From Eubacteriales bacterium (GTDB lineage Bacteria; Bacillota; Clostridia; Oscillospirales; CAG-272), in assembly GCA_045578385.1 (NCBI GenBank), contig JAZNKD010000048.1, positions 5,656-69,655 of the forward strand: DNA of 64,000 nt. The letters run 5' to 3'. Under the pieces are notes generated by a model. It searched no databases, was not told the origin of the DNA, and worked only from the letters and a program-made list of their open reading frames with translations. Position 1 is the stretch's first letter, and each line of letters opens with the position of its first letter. Positions 35,666-44,963 of this stretch are shown one piece after another. The translations under genes and the position numbers were made by a program.

Positions 35666-35781
35666 GTATAGATTGTAATTGAAAGAGTTGGCTATCGTGC
35701 GGTTAATCTGTGGTAATTGATGCGCTTCAGTTTTTAATTCAACCGATACCCACGAAAACGCCATATTCCGCAAGCGGAATG
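35666..35781 (-). repeat. 116-nt tRNA-upstream element, copy 1
   Basis: Identical in length to 35931-36046 and differing at 8 of 116 positions. On the minus strand it starts with the hairpin ATTCCGC-TT-GCGGAAT and ends with CAATTACAATCTATAC abutting tRNA position 1. Confidence 0.9.
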
Positions 35782-35930
35782 CGGAGTCTTGTGCGTTACT
35801 CCCGTCCGGTCGCATAGTCGTTCATCGTCGGGGAACGAAGCCCCTCCTCGAACTTCTTGCTTTGCGGACTTCCTGCGGTAAAAACAACACTCAGTTGTTT
35901 TTACCTTGTCACCAGCTACGCTACGGGCAG
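35782..35930 (-). pseudogene. Truncated tRNA-Arg copy (positions 1-36) carrying a 113-nt insertion in the D-loop
   Basis: The minus strand reads CTGCCCGTAGCGTAGCTGG-[113 nt, 35799-35911]-TAACGCACAAGACTCCG. It is identical to the intact tRNA outside the insertion. Homology stops exactly after the anticodon. Confidence 0.8.
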
Positions 35931-36056
35931 GTATAGATTGTAATTGAAAGAGTTGGCTATCGTGCGGTTAATCTGCGGCAATTAATGCGCTTCATTTTTT
36001 AGTTCAACCAATACCCACGAAAACGCCAGATTCCGCGAGCGGAATGCGGAGTCTTG
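35931..36056 (-). repeat. 116-nt tRNA-upstream element, copy 2, plus a 10-nt anticodon-arm fragment
   Basis: 35931-36046 matches 35666-35781. 36047-36056 reads CAAGACTCCG on the minus strand (tRNA positions 27-36) and joins the same hairpin. Confidence 0.88.
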
Positions 36057-36378
36057 GTTTTATTAATCTCGCAAGTATAGCTTTGTCACAGCAAAAATTT
36101 ACTTTATAATTTTACCATTTTAAATTTCGTTTGTCAATAGAAACAGATGTACAAAAATAAAAGCGACAGATAAAGACGCGAAATTTGAAAAATAAAATCG
36201 GTTTTACAGAAAGCTACGTTATTTTTGGCTTTTTGCACAATTTCAGATTAATTATTTTTAATATTTCAATCGCAAAAAAGTTTTAAAAAACTAGTGACAA
36301 ATAAACAAATGTATGATATAATTATCACAGTAAAGTACTCGTTTGCTTTATCTCAAATAATTAAAAGGAGACACAATC

Positions 36379-36759
36379 ATGAAAAAATTCACATCACTTT
36401 TATTAGTATCCGTACTCCTTATAGGATGCGTATTCACCCTTGCTTCCTGCGTACTTTCCGTAGGACCGATTACCATTATTTCAGGCGAATACGAGGTTGA
36501 TCTTGCTGTAGCTGAGTATACCTTGAGCTTCTCGCCCTTCGGTAAATTGACCGTTGTTGAAGAACCTTTTATAGGTAATTCGAACACTTACGAGGGTAAG
36601 TACAAGGTTAATAGCGAAACTAAGGAAATAACGCTCACATGGGACGGCGACGCTCCTGTAATTTTACCTCAGGGTACTTCTGATTTTTCTTCAGGTGAAA
36701 ATGATGATGGCGTTCAGTACGTTGAGATAGGTTTTACAACCTTTAAAGCTGTTGGATAA
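36379..36759 (+). CDS. Small lipoprotein, unknown function
   Basis: RBS aaggag. Signal peptide and lipobox: MKKFTSLLLVSVLLIGCVFTLASC. 126 aa. Confidence 0.7.
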   Translation: MKKFTSLLLVSVLLIGCVFTLASCVLSVGPITIISGEYEVDLAVAEYTLSFSPFGKLTVVEEPFIGNSNTYEGKYKVNSETKEITLTWDGDAPVILPQGTSDFSSGENDDGVQYVEIGFTTFKAVG

Positions 36760-36803
36760 TTCAAGGCAACTTGATTTGTTAAATAATTTTGAGGAGAAAA
36801 ACG

Positions 36804-37163
36804 ATGAAAAAAATTATTTCTGCACTTCTTGTGTGCGTTCTTCTTGTAGGATGCGTGCTTTCTATGGCATCTTGCAGCAAGGTTTCCGAATCTTATGCAG
36901 AAAAGATTAATAAGGCTGCGGATAAGGATAAGCACTACACAGTTGATAAGGTTCTCAAGGACCTTGGCGACGAAGCTATTGACGATTTCTATCTTCCCTT
37001 GCTTAAATCCGGTATTATCATGGCTGTTAAGGGCTGCGATGATTACGATGATATCAAGGAAAAATGGGACGAAGGCAAAGAGGTAAAGGGTATTGTAATT
37101 ACCATTGCGGGTGATAAGGCTATAAAGGCTGAGTACCGTGTAATTACCGATAAGGATAAATAA
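36804..37163 (+). CDS. Small lipoprotein, unknown function
   Basis: The ATG at 36804 follows the RBS gaggag. Signal peptide and lipobox: MKKIISALLVCVLLVGCVLSMASC. 119 aa. Confidence 0.7.
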   Translation: MKKIISALLVCVLLVGCVLSMASCSKVSESYAEKINKAADKDKHYTVDKVLKDLGDEAIDDFYLPLLKSGIIMAVKGCDDYDDIKEKWDEGKEVKGIVITIAGDKAIKAEYRVITDKDK

Positions 37164-37220
37164 TCCTACGGGCTTTCGCAATAGCGAAAATTTCACGAAA
37201 TTTTAATATAGTTGATGTTG

Positions 37221-37260
37221 AAAAACGAGGAATTGCAGAAAACACAATTCCTCGTTTTTG
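37221..37260. terminator. Bidirectional rho-independent terminator
   Basis: aaaa-acgaggaattg-cagaaaaca-caattcctcgt-tttt lies between convergent genes. Confidence 0.75.
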
Positions 37261-37305
37261 CGTTATTGTACGTTTTGTAAAATCTAATCGTAACGCTTTT
37301 GCCTT

Positions 37306-39894
37306 TTAGCTCTCGGGAGTATCGGGTGTATCATTTTCGCCCGGGATAACCGGAGCCTCTATGGCTTTTATCAGTATCGATGTTTTATTGCCTGCCGCAT
37401 CGGATACGGTAATTTCATATATCGTGTCAACGGTCAGCGCAGTATCCTCATAAAGCTTAACGTCAGAGTCCTTGACGGATATATTGGTAAGGTCGATAGT
37501 AAGCTCTCCGTCTCTGCTATCGGTTGCGGAAACAAGGTCGATTAAGGCTTTAGCCGTAAGCTCGGAGCAAACGAGAGTGTAGTAGCCTGCATCATTGTCA
37601 AGAGTAAGACCAAGCGTGGTTATTACAGGAGCTTCCGTATCTGTGAAGCTGCTCTCAAATATAGCTGCTCCGTTATTATACGAGTAAATGTATTCGTAGT
37701 ATCCACCGCTAACGTCAACCTTGTTTTTAATTTCGGTGAACTCCGATGAAGTTGTTAAAAGCACTTCGGAAAGTCTGATATGAGAATCTCCGTCTATTTT
37801 TGCAAGGTAGTATACCAGCTTATAATTGCCGATGTTAGCAGTCGTAGGTAAGGGAATAGCTTTGCCGGTAAAGGTCATAGCTTCGCCGTTATAAGCAGCG
37901 GTATCAAATGCATCAAGATAAATAATATCCGTGTCTGAAACGAATGCTGCAATTACCTTGTAGGTTGAGTCCTTCGAAAGAATGATGCTCTTGTTAGCTG
38001 TAAACGTTACGTTTTCAAACGAAATACCGTCATTCGTAAGAGTGACTTTGCCTGTAAGTCCGCTTGCAAAGGGAATAAGACCGATTTCGGCAGGACGCCT
38101 CGGCTGATCGTCAAAGTTGACCGTTCCATTTGCTTTATATTTGGCTATTTTTTCGTTAATTTCCGTACCGAAGGAATCGAGAGAAGCTTTAATCGAGAAC
38201 ATTGCGTTTTTATATCCCTCAAAGGTGTATTTAACTCCGTAAAGCTCCTCGAAAATTCCGTTAACGTATCCGTCACGCTTAAGCATAAGCGTGGAGAGGT
38301 CACCGAAGAAATCATCGGATATACCTTCGATAAATCCGAGACCGTAATGCTTGAAGAACTCGGAAACCATATGGAACTTAGCGGCGTAGCTTTCTTTGCC
38401 GGTTCCGCCCAGAATAGAAAGCTGAACGTATGATAATTCGTTGCGGTCTTTGTTTATCAGAGCAGTTCCGCCGCCTAATCTCGTAACGACAAAGCTCTCG
38501 TCGATTTTATGATGATTTCCGTCCTTATCTATGAAATAGCTACCGTAGTCAGTGCCATACGAAGAACCCGGACCATAGTCCTTGCTCCACATAAGACCCT
38601 CGTCGCCCGAGATAACATCGCCTGACGTGAAGCGAATAAAGTCCTTTTCGGTATTGAAGTAATGCTCGGAATAGGGGTTATCAAGCTCCCACTCTGCATC
38701 AAGGGTGATGCGGTATTCTTCCCAGCCTGTGAGTATGCTTGCATCCAAGAGAATAGCGCCGCCGTTTATCATATCAATCGAAAGACCGGGAAGCCATACT
38801 ATTTGAGGTAAAATCCTTATTTCGTCGTCATCTTGGGCAATGTCGCCGGTTCCAAGATCGCCTCCGTCTCTGAAGGGATGCAGGGTGTCATTGAATGTAT
38901 AAACGTTGTCCTCGTTTTCAACAAGGAATGAAATATAGAGAAGTCCGTTTCCGTAGTCGTAAGTACCGTCTTTGGTGAAAAGCACGTTGTCGGTATAAAA
39001 ATGAGCTGATACTGCGCGCCACATTCCGTTTTGCTTTATAGCCGATGTTGTATAATAATTATCAGACGTTCCGTCAACAGCAACCGAACCGCGAGAGATA
39101 GTGTACTTTTTGCCTGCAGTATAGAAAACGTAGTTGGTTTCGTACGTTCCCGAATCGCTTATCTCATAGGTGGTCATTTCAACGGTTTCATCTCCGTCAG
39201 CATCGTAATAAATTGATATCTCGGATGCGCTTTTGAAAGCACCGTTTTCAAGCATATAAACTATAACTGTAAGAATATCGTTTTCGGGGTCGTAGCTGAG
39301 TATGTAATTGGTGTCGTAAAGTGTCACTACCGTATCCATAACCGTTATATTTTCTATCATATAGTCTGCGGTAGCGCGAGCGCTGCGAGAGAGCGTATCA
39401 AGATAATCTTCCTCTCCCTCAAAATAGTTGTAAACCAATTCGGGAGCAGTAAGGTCTGACGGATTTACCGAGTAGAAGTCGTGCTCCCCGTCATTTTGCT
39501 TGTTAAGGGAAGCGAGTGAAATAACGTCTTTTTCTTTTGCTTCGCTTTCAAACTCAAAATCAAAGCTGAATGAGAGGTCAGCATTTTCAAGTCTTGAATA
39601 AGAAAGCGCGAGTATATCCGCATTTTCAACGGGTATATCGGGGCGGTTATCCTGATTGCTGTTCCCGCCGTTCTGGCTTCCGCCGCCTTGGCTTCCGCCG
39701 CCTTGGATTTCGCCGCCTAAGTTTTCATCGTTATGGAACGGACCGTCGGGACGCTCTGCGTCCGGGCCTCCAAGTGTTCCGCCGCCGATTGCATTACCTC
39801 CGCCGATTGCGTTACCTCCGCCGGACTTGCACGCCGCCATAAACGGAAGTGCGGTTGCGATAAGCAACAAAAATGCTATAATTTTGATTTTCAT
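37306..39894 (-). CDS. Large lipoprotein of unknown function with a Gly-rich repeat linker and a C-terminal Ig-like (DUF5011-like) domain
   Basis: The ATG at 39894 follows the RBS agggagg. Lipobox: LPFMAAC. Linker: GGGNAIGGGNAIGGG...GGGSQGGGSQNGG. The C-terminus reads ...VSATDSRDGELTIDL...YEITVSDAAGNKTS. 862 aa. Confidence 0.75.
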   Translation of the reverse strand: MKIKIIAFLLLIATALPFMAACKSGGGNAIGGGNAIGGGTLGGPDAERPDGPFHNDENLGGEIQGGGSQGGGSQNGGNSNQDNRPDIPVENADILALSYSRLENADLSFSFDFEFESEAKEKDVISLASLNKQNDGEHDFYSVNPSDLTAPELVYNYFEGEEDYLDTLSRSARATADYMIENITVMDTVVTLYDTNYILSYDPENDILTVIVYMLENGAFKSASEISIYYDADGDETVEMTTYEISDSGTYETNYVFYTAGKKYTISRGSVAVDGTSDNYYTTSAIKQNGMWRAVSAHFYTDNVLFTKDGTYDYGNGLLYISFLVENEDNVYTFNDTLHPFRDGGDLGTGDIAQDDDEIRILPQIVWLPGLSIDMINGGAILLDASILTGWEEYRITLDAEWELDNPYSEHYFNTEKDFIRFTSGDVISGDEGLMWSKDYGPGSSYGTDYGSYFIDKDGNHHKIDESFVVTRLGGGTALINKDRNELSYVQLSILGGTGKESYAAKFHMVSEFFKHYGLGFIEGISDDFFGDLSTLMLKRDGYVNGIFEELYGVKYTFEGYKNAMFSIKASLDSFGTEINEKIAKYKANGTVNFDDQPRRPAEIGLIPFASGLTGKVTLTNDGISFENVTFTANKSIILSKDSTYKVIAAFVSDTDIIYLDAFDTAAYNGEAMTFTGKAIPLPTTANIGNYKLVYYLAKIDGDSHIRLSEVLLTTSSEFTEIKNKVDVSGGYYEYIYSYNNGAAIFESSFTDTEAPVITTLGLTLDNDAGYYTLVCSELTAKALIDLVSATDSRDGELTIDLTNISVKDSDVKLYEDTALTVDTIYEITVSDAAGNKTSILIKAIEAPVIPGENDTPDTPES

Positions 39895-40020
39895 ATCTAA
39901 AGTCCTCCCTATGTATAGAATAAAAATTAAAGATGCTTTGACAGACATTATAATTGTAACACATAAATATAAAAAATACAAGTGTAGCGCTATCATTTTT
40001 ATCCGTGAAAACGAAAAAGC

Positions 40021-40055
40021 CCGGAACGCTTTCGCAGTTAAGAAAAGCGTTCCGG
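40021..40055 (-). terminator. Rho-independent terminator of the membrane-protein gene
   Basis: ccggaacgctt ... aagcgttccgg forms an 11-bp stem. On the minus strand it is followed by gcttttt. Confidence 0.65.
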
Positions 40056-40083
40056 AAGCTTTTATTTATATTTATCTTTATAT

Positions 40084-41022
40084 TTATACCGTAGTTTTAG
40101 TTGATTCTTTTTCGGTATCTTCCGATTCTTTTTCGGTAACACCTATTTTCCGCTTTTTCGAGTCTGTAAACGCGGTTATTTTGTTTTTCAATAGCTTACA
40201 GTCGGATACGAAGCTCTTGTGATCGAAAACGAGACTGACAAGGAATGAAAGAATAGGAACAATAATATAAACGGGAACGATCATCCAGAACCAAGGCCAA
40301 TATTTTTCTTGCCCGGCATATTCGCCTATCGGCACGGTCTTAAATATTTTTGGACAGAATAATGCAAGAAAATCTCCTATAGCATCGTCTGTTCCGGGGC
40401 CCCAGATATAAGAGCTGTTCTTATAACCGATATCGAAAAATTCATCTGCATCGCGCAGCGGAATAAATCCGAGCTCGGATTGGAAAATCTGATTGAGCAT
40501 AATAAACAGCATTATGATCATAAGTCCTGTAGGTGCAGATAAAATTTTCTTATATGAGATTTTGTGCTGCTTAAGTAGCACCATAAGAAGCGGAACGGCA
40601 AATAGCATCCAATGATGGAAGTAGAATCTGATAATATCAAGCTGTTCGCCGAGCTGATTCTGCTTCGCAAGCGGCTCCTGAGGATAGAACAACGCCAAAA
40701 GACCGCTCAAAACGCCGATATAGAACATATAGTTCTTGACCTTTTCATTTTTGGACAAATAGAAAAAGGGGAATAGCGCAATATTAGCTCCGCAAATGTT
40801 AACAAACCAAGAATCTCTAAGCTTTCTGGCTTCATCAACAGAGTAAGGCGGGTAGTAGCATTTTGTGAAGTGCGCGATAACTCCCAGCACAAGAATAGAG
40901 AACAGAACTGTTTTCTGAACCTTTACACTTTTATTTTTTAAAAGGAAATAAAGACCAACCGTGATACCTGCAAGCAGCAAAAGCCAGAAAAAGTACCAAA
41001 AATTAAGCATCTTAATAACCAT
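40084..41022 (-). CDS. Polytopic integral membrane protein, unknown function (possibly YwaF/TIGR02206-like)
   Basis: 312 aa with about 7 hydrophobic helices and an acidic/lysine-rich C-terminal tail. The RBS agagg precedes the ATG at 41022. Confidence 0.55.
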   Translation of the reverse strand: MVIKMLNFWYFFWLLLLAGITVGLYFLLKNKSVKVQKTVLFSILVLGVIAHFTKCYYPPYSVDEARKLRDSWFVNICGANIALFPFFYLSKNEKVKNYMFYIGVLSGLLALFYPQEPLAKQNQLGEQLDIIRFYFHHWMLFAVPLLMVLLKQHKISYKKILSAPTGLMIIMLFIMLNQIFQSELGFIPLRDADEFFDIGYKNSSYIWGPGTDDAIGDFLALFCPKIFKTVPIGEYAGQEKYWPWFWMIVPVYIIVPILSFLVSLVFDHKSFVSDCKLLKNKITAFTDSKKRKIGVTEKESEDTEKESTKTTV

Positions 41023-41179
41023 AATTTACCTCTAAACAAAAATAAGAATGTCTACTGCAAAAGAAAGTGTCGTATTGCTTATCTGCAATTTAAATTATAG
41101 CACTACAATTCCGAAAAATCTCGTATTTTAATATTCTTTAAGATAACTTAACATTGTTTAATAATTAGAAGAGCTTATA

Positions 41180-41222
41180 AAAAGACAAGGCTGAGCATTC
41201 GTTAAAAAACGTTTGCTCAGCC
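41180..41222 (-). terminator. Rho-independent terminator of the amino-acid ABC operon
   Basis: ggctgagca ... tgctcagcc forms a 9-bp stem. On the minus strand it is followed by ttgtcttttt. Confidence 0.6.
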
Positions 41223-41232
41223 TAAAAACATA

Positions 41233-41976
41233 TTAAAGAACTCTCGATAAGAATTCCTTGGTTCTTTCCTGCTTGGGATTTTTGAAGATTTCCGCGGGTG
41301 TGCCTTCCTCGACGATATATCCGCCGTCCATAAAGATAACTCTGTCGGATACCTCGCGGGCAAAGCCCATCTCGTGAGTAACAACTATCATCGTGTAGCC
41401 CGCCTTTGCAAGTCCTTGCATAACCTCAAGAACCTCTCCTACCATTTCGGGATCAAGCGCGGAGGTAGGCTCGTCGAAAAGAATAACGTCGGGATTCATC
41501 GAGAGGGCGCGCGCGATAGCGATTCGCTGTTTCTGACCGCCCGAGAGCTGAGAGGGCTTCGCATTTACGTATGCGCTCATACCGACCTTTTCGATATATT
41601 CCTTCGCGATTTTTTCGGCTTCCTCGCGGCTTCTCTTAAGAACTATCATCTGCGGCTTGACGCAGTTGTCAAGAGCCGTCATATTGTTAAAGAGATTGAA
41701 CTGCTGGAATACCATTTCAACCTTTGATCTGTAGGACGTGATTTTGATTTCTTTGCTTTCAATATCGGTTCCTTCGTAGTATATCTTGCCGCCCGTGGGA
41801 ATTTCAAGCAGGTTGATACATCTGAGCATCGTGCTTTTACCCGAGCCTGATGAGCCGATAACCGATATAACTTCACCGCGGTGAACGGAAAGATTGATGT
41901 CACGCAGAACCTTATGGTCTCCAAAGGACTTTTCAAGATGTGAAAGCTCAATTACTGCCTTGTTTTCTTCGCTCAT
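41233..41976 (-). CDS. Polar amino acid ABC transporter ATP-binding protein
   Basis: Walker [25 protein letters not shown] and Walker [12 protein letters not shown], with a GlnQ/HisP-like C-terminus. 247 aa. Confidence 0.9.
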   Translation of the reverse strand: MSEENKAVIELSHLEKSFGDHKVLRDINLSVHRGEVISVIGSSGSGKSTMLRCINLLEIPTGGKIYYEGTDIESKEIKITSYRSKVEMVFQQFNLFNNMTALDNCVKPQMIVLKRSREEAEKIAKEYIEKVGMSAYVNAKPSQLSGGQKQRIAIARALSMNPDVILFDEPTSALDPEMVGEVLEVMQGLAKAGYTMIVVTHEMGFAREVSDRVIFMDGGYIVEEGTPAEIFKNPKQERTKEFLSRVL

Positions 41977-41980
41977 AACG

Positions 41981-42739
41981 TCAAGCCTCCTTTATGTGAA
42001 TTTCGGCTGCGGGGTCTGACTGAGAACCGCATATCGTGTAAGAATCCTTGCCTGCAAGCTTTTTTTCGCAGAAGCGAAGGAGCCTTGTTACAGAGTAAGT
42101 CATAACGAAGTACATTACGCATATGATGAGGTAGGTTTCAAATATATCCCACGTCATAGACTGAACCTTGCCGGCCATATAGTAAAGCTCCATAACGCCT
42201 ATAACGTTAAGCACTGAGGTATCTTTAATGTTGATGACGAATTCATTACTGATTGAGGGGAGAATATTTCTCATAACCTGAGGTATAATAACGTGTATCA
42301 TAGCCTGCCAATGCGTCATACCGACTGATGCCGCGCCTTCAAACTGACCCTTGTCAATCGAAATTATACCGCCGCGGACGATTTCTGCCATATATGCGCC
42401 CGTGTTAATAGAAACGATAAATATACCTGCGGGAATAAGGGGGAGGGTGTTGCCGCCGTTCATAAAAGCGTAACCCCAGAATATAACCATTGCCTGAACC
42501 ATCATAGGCGTTCCTCTGAACACCTCGACGTATATGGCTATAATCACGTTAACCGTTTTCTGAACGTAATAAACCACTTTATTTTTGGATAACGGCACGG
42601 TTCTCACAATTCCGGTAAGCAAACCGATAATAAGACCGATAACCGTACCTGTTAAGGCAATCAGCATAGTGTAGCCCAAGCCCGATAACAGATATGACCA
42701 GTATTTTGTTATTATATTGCCAACGTTTTCGAAAAACAT
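41981..42739 (-). CDS. Polar amino acid ABC transporter permease (His/Glu/Gln/Arg/opine family)
   Basis: 252 aa with multiple TM helices. The EAA-like loop is [20 protein letters not shown]. Confidence 0.88.
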   Translation of the reverse strand: MFFENVGNIITKYWSYLLSGLGYTMLIALTGTVIGLIIGLLTGIVRTVPLSKNKVVYYVQKTVNVIIAIYVEVFRGTPMMVQAMVIFWGYAFMNGGNTLPLIPAGIFIVSINTGAYMAEIVRGGIISIDKGQFEGAASVGMTHWQAMIHVIIPQVMRNILPSISNEFVINIKDTSVLNVIGVMELYYMAGKVQSMTWDIFETYLIICVMYFVMTYSVTRLLRFCEKKLAGKDSYTICGSQSDPAAEIHIKEA

Positions 42740-42851
42740 TATTGATAACCTTTCTGGATAGTATAAATATAAGTTTTAGTAAACATTTCTTTACGATTTA
42801 CCGCAAAAGCGGTTTCGGCAAAGTTTTATTCTACCGAAACCGTCTTTTAAA

Positions 42852-43727
42852 TTATGCTTGCTTTTTATAGATAATTACAAGGTTGGAGTTGTAGTAGCAG
42901 TGAGTGAAGTCAACCTTTTCTTCTCTTTCTGCCGTAGGGCTCATACCTGCGATAATTCCGTCGTAGGTGCCTGCGTTGAGTCCGGGTATAAGGCTATCCC
43001 ATTCAACTGCATGAATTTCAAGCGCCATACCAAGCTCTGCTGCGATATATTTAGCTATCTGAACGTCGTATCCGTTAGCATAGAGACTTGAGCCGTTAAT
43101 CTTAACCGCGCCGTTAGCATCGGTAGTCTGAGACCAGTTGAAAGGCTCGTAAGCGCATTCCATAGCAATCTTAAGAGTGCCGTTTGATGTATCGGTTTTA
43201 GAGGAAGTAAGAACAAGATTCTCGGTGAGTGCAGTCTCGGGAGCTGCGCTCATCTTAACTACCTGCTCCATAAGAGCCGAACGGGTTTCGGATGAAATAG
43301 CGTCTATAATCGCGTTAACGCTGTTAACGTAAGCGCTTCCGGTCTTAAATGCAACGGCTATACCCGTGTCTTCGTCCGAAGCGGTAAATCCTGTATCGTT
43401 ATTTTTAAGCGCTACGTATGCAAGGTTTTCGTTCTGAGCAATAACGGAGAAAGCGGTGGGTTCTTCTGCTACGTAACCGTCGATGGTTCCTGAATTGAGA
43501 GCTACTAGAAGCTGGTCAAAATCGGGATACTCCTTAACCGTTACGCCGGCCGTCTGCGATTCAAGCGCCTGAAGGTGAAACGTACCCGTCTGAGCCGCGA
43601 TGGTCGCGCCCTTAAGGTCTGCAAGATTGTTTACCTTAGAGAGATCTGCTTTGTCTCTGTCGCCGCAGGAAACGAGGGCGGTACAGAGCATTACTACTGT
43701 GAGAATAAGTGTGAAAATTCTTTTCAT
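42852..43727 (-). CDS. Amino acid ABC transporter substrate-binding lipoprotein (family 3 SBP)
   Basis: Lipobox LVSCGD, RBS aaggaga, 291 aa. It is the first gene of the operon behind the lysine riboswitch. Confidence 0.85.
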   Translation of the reverse strand: MKRIFTLILTVVMLCTALVSCGDRDKADLSKVNNLADLKGATIAAQTGTFHLQALESQTAGVTVKEYPDFDQLLVALNSGTIDGYVAEEPTAFSVIAQNENLAYVALKNNDTGFTASDEDTGIAVAFKTGSAYVNSVNAIIDAISSETRSALMEQVVKMSAAPETALTENLVLTSSKTDTSNGTLKIAMECAYEPFNWSQTTDANGAVKINGSSLYANGYDVQIAKYIAAELGMALEIHAVEWDSLIPGLNAGTYDGIIAGMSPTAEREEKVDFTHCYYNSNLVIIYKKQA

Positions 43728-43780
43728 GGGGTTCTCCTTTTGCCGTATTTTACGGCAGTTTTAAAATATTATTTAAAACT

Positions 43781-43808
43781 AAAAAGGTCGAAGCAAGTGC
43801 TTCGACCT
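43781..43808 (-). terminator. Riboswitch expression-platform terminator
   Basis: The minus strand reads AGGTCGAAGCACTTGCTTCGACCTTTTT. Confidence 0.75.
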
Positions 43809-43839
43809 GATAAAAGCAAAAATATATGCTAACTACCAA

Positions 43840-44012
43840 TCGAATATAGCACTCCACAGAATACTGTGACAGTCGAACGGATATTCTCCGTGCGCCCAAC
43901 AAAAAGCCTCTTAAAAGACCTTTCATTTCGGCGGCAACACCTTTCACCAATCCTTTATGCGACCTTTAAGGGTCTCGGAAAAGCTACTTTTTATTACCGC
44001 GCCTCTAATTCT
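43840..44012 (-). promoter_or_regulatory. Lysine riboswitch (L-box)
   Basis: The minus strand carries the conserved L-box blocks in order: AGAGGCGC, AGTAG, GCCGCCGAAA, TTGGG, CTGTCAC, TGGAGTGCTAT. Confidence 0.8.
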
Positions 44013-44041
44013 TTGATTCGACTATTCAGTTTTATGCAGTT

Positions 44042-44070
44042 ATTATAGCACTGCCTCGTCCCGTTGTCAA
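44042..44070 (-). promoter_or_regulatory. Consensus sigma-A promoter (TTGACA-17-TATAAT)
   Basis: The minus strand reads TTGACAacgggacgaggcagtgcTATAAT, about 30 nt upstream of the riboswitch. Confidence 0.7.
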
Positions 44071-44152
44071 TAGCTTTTTTGAATTTTTAAAAAAACTTCC
44101 AAAATTATTCTAAAAATCGCTGAAAGCGTATCGGAAATAGTAAAAAATAAGC

Positions 44153-44722
44153 CTATCTGAAGATTTTTTTGAGAATTGCCTCTATCTTTTCAATGACTTG
44201 TGCCTCCGAGATATTTTTCTTTTTGAAGCAATCTATGAGGAGCGTCGCAATGCCTCCGTTAATAAAGCTTGAAAAGGTATCGGGGTCCGTAACGAAAATT
44301 ACGCCGCGCACCATTTCGGCTTCGAGGTGCTTTGCCAGAGATTCATGGGTGCATCCCGTAATTATGTCAAAAATAACGGGGAACGCGTTACTGTTGAGCA
44401 AATTTGAAAGAATTTTAGGTCTTTCGTTAAGATATGAGATAATCTCTTTCACAAAGAGAAGTATATATTCCGTTGTTGAGGATTGATTTGTCAAAGCGCA
44501 AACCTTTTTGTCGATATTCGTCAGGATAATTCCGACGATGCTTTTGAAGAAATCGTATTTATCGTTGAAGTGCTTATAGAATGTGGCGCGTCTGATTCCT
44601 GCCTTTTCGCAAAGGTCAAAGACGGTAATATCATCAAACGGTACCGTTTTCATCATTTCACCGAATGCAACTGTAATTTTGTTATAGGTTTTGACTACTC
44701 TTAAATCAATTTTGTTATCCAT
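44153..44722 (-). CDS. TetR/AcrR family transcriptional regulator
   Basis: N-terminal HTH: ITVFDLCEKAGIRRATFYKHFNDKYDF. 189 aa. Confidence 0.85.
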   Translation of the reverse strand: MDNKIDLRVVKTYNKITVAFGEMMKTVPFDDITVFDLCEKAGIRRATFYKHFNDKYDFFKSIVGIILTNIDKKVCALTNQSSTTEYILLFVKEIISYLNERPKILSNLLNSNAFPVIFDIITGCTHESLAKHLEAEMVRGVIFVTDPDTFSSFINGGIATLLIDCFKKKNISEAQVIEKIEAILKKIFR

Positions 44723-44963
44723 TTTTATTCCTTTGAGTTTTTAAAAGTAACTTTTACATAGTTCTACATAAATTTTAAATGAAAAAAAGAAAAATGTCAA
44801 GTGTCAATTATCTTTGTTTTGTAAACAAATTATTAAGAATAATTACATATCTGATTTTTTATGCGCGAGCTTAAAAGACAAGCGTATCAAACCCATCTTT
44901 TTATCGCTGCTGCGAGAGCGACGGGCTGATACGCTAGTAATGAAAAAATAATATTTTAAAAAA

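Noticed and set aside
33740-36378. Integrated prophage or genomic island at the tRNA-Arg gene
   Set aside because: There is no integrase, excisionase, phage or conjugation gene anywhere nearby. The duplicated tRNA pieces upstream are 5' halves rather than the 3' att-type duplication. The intervening DNA is only hundreds of bp.
39656-40222. 188-aa plus-strand Pro-rich ORF
   Set aside because: It is antisense to the Gly-rich linker of the 862-aa lipoprotein, because GGN codons read as Pro codons on the other strand. It also crosses an intergenic terminator.
43730-44100. T-box leader upstream of the amino-acid ABC operon
   Set aside because: No specifier-loop or T-box (AAUUAGGGUGGUACCGCG-like) sequence is present. 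The conserved blocks match the lysine riboswitch instead.
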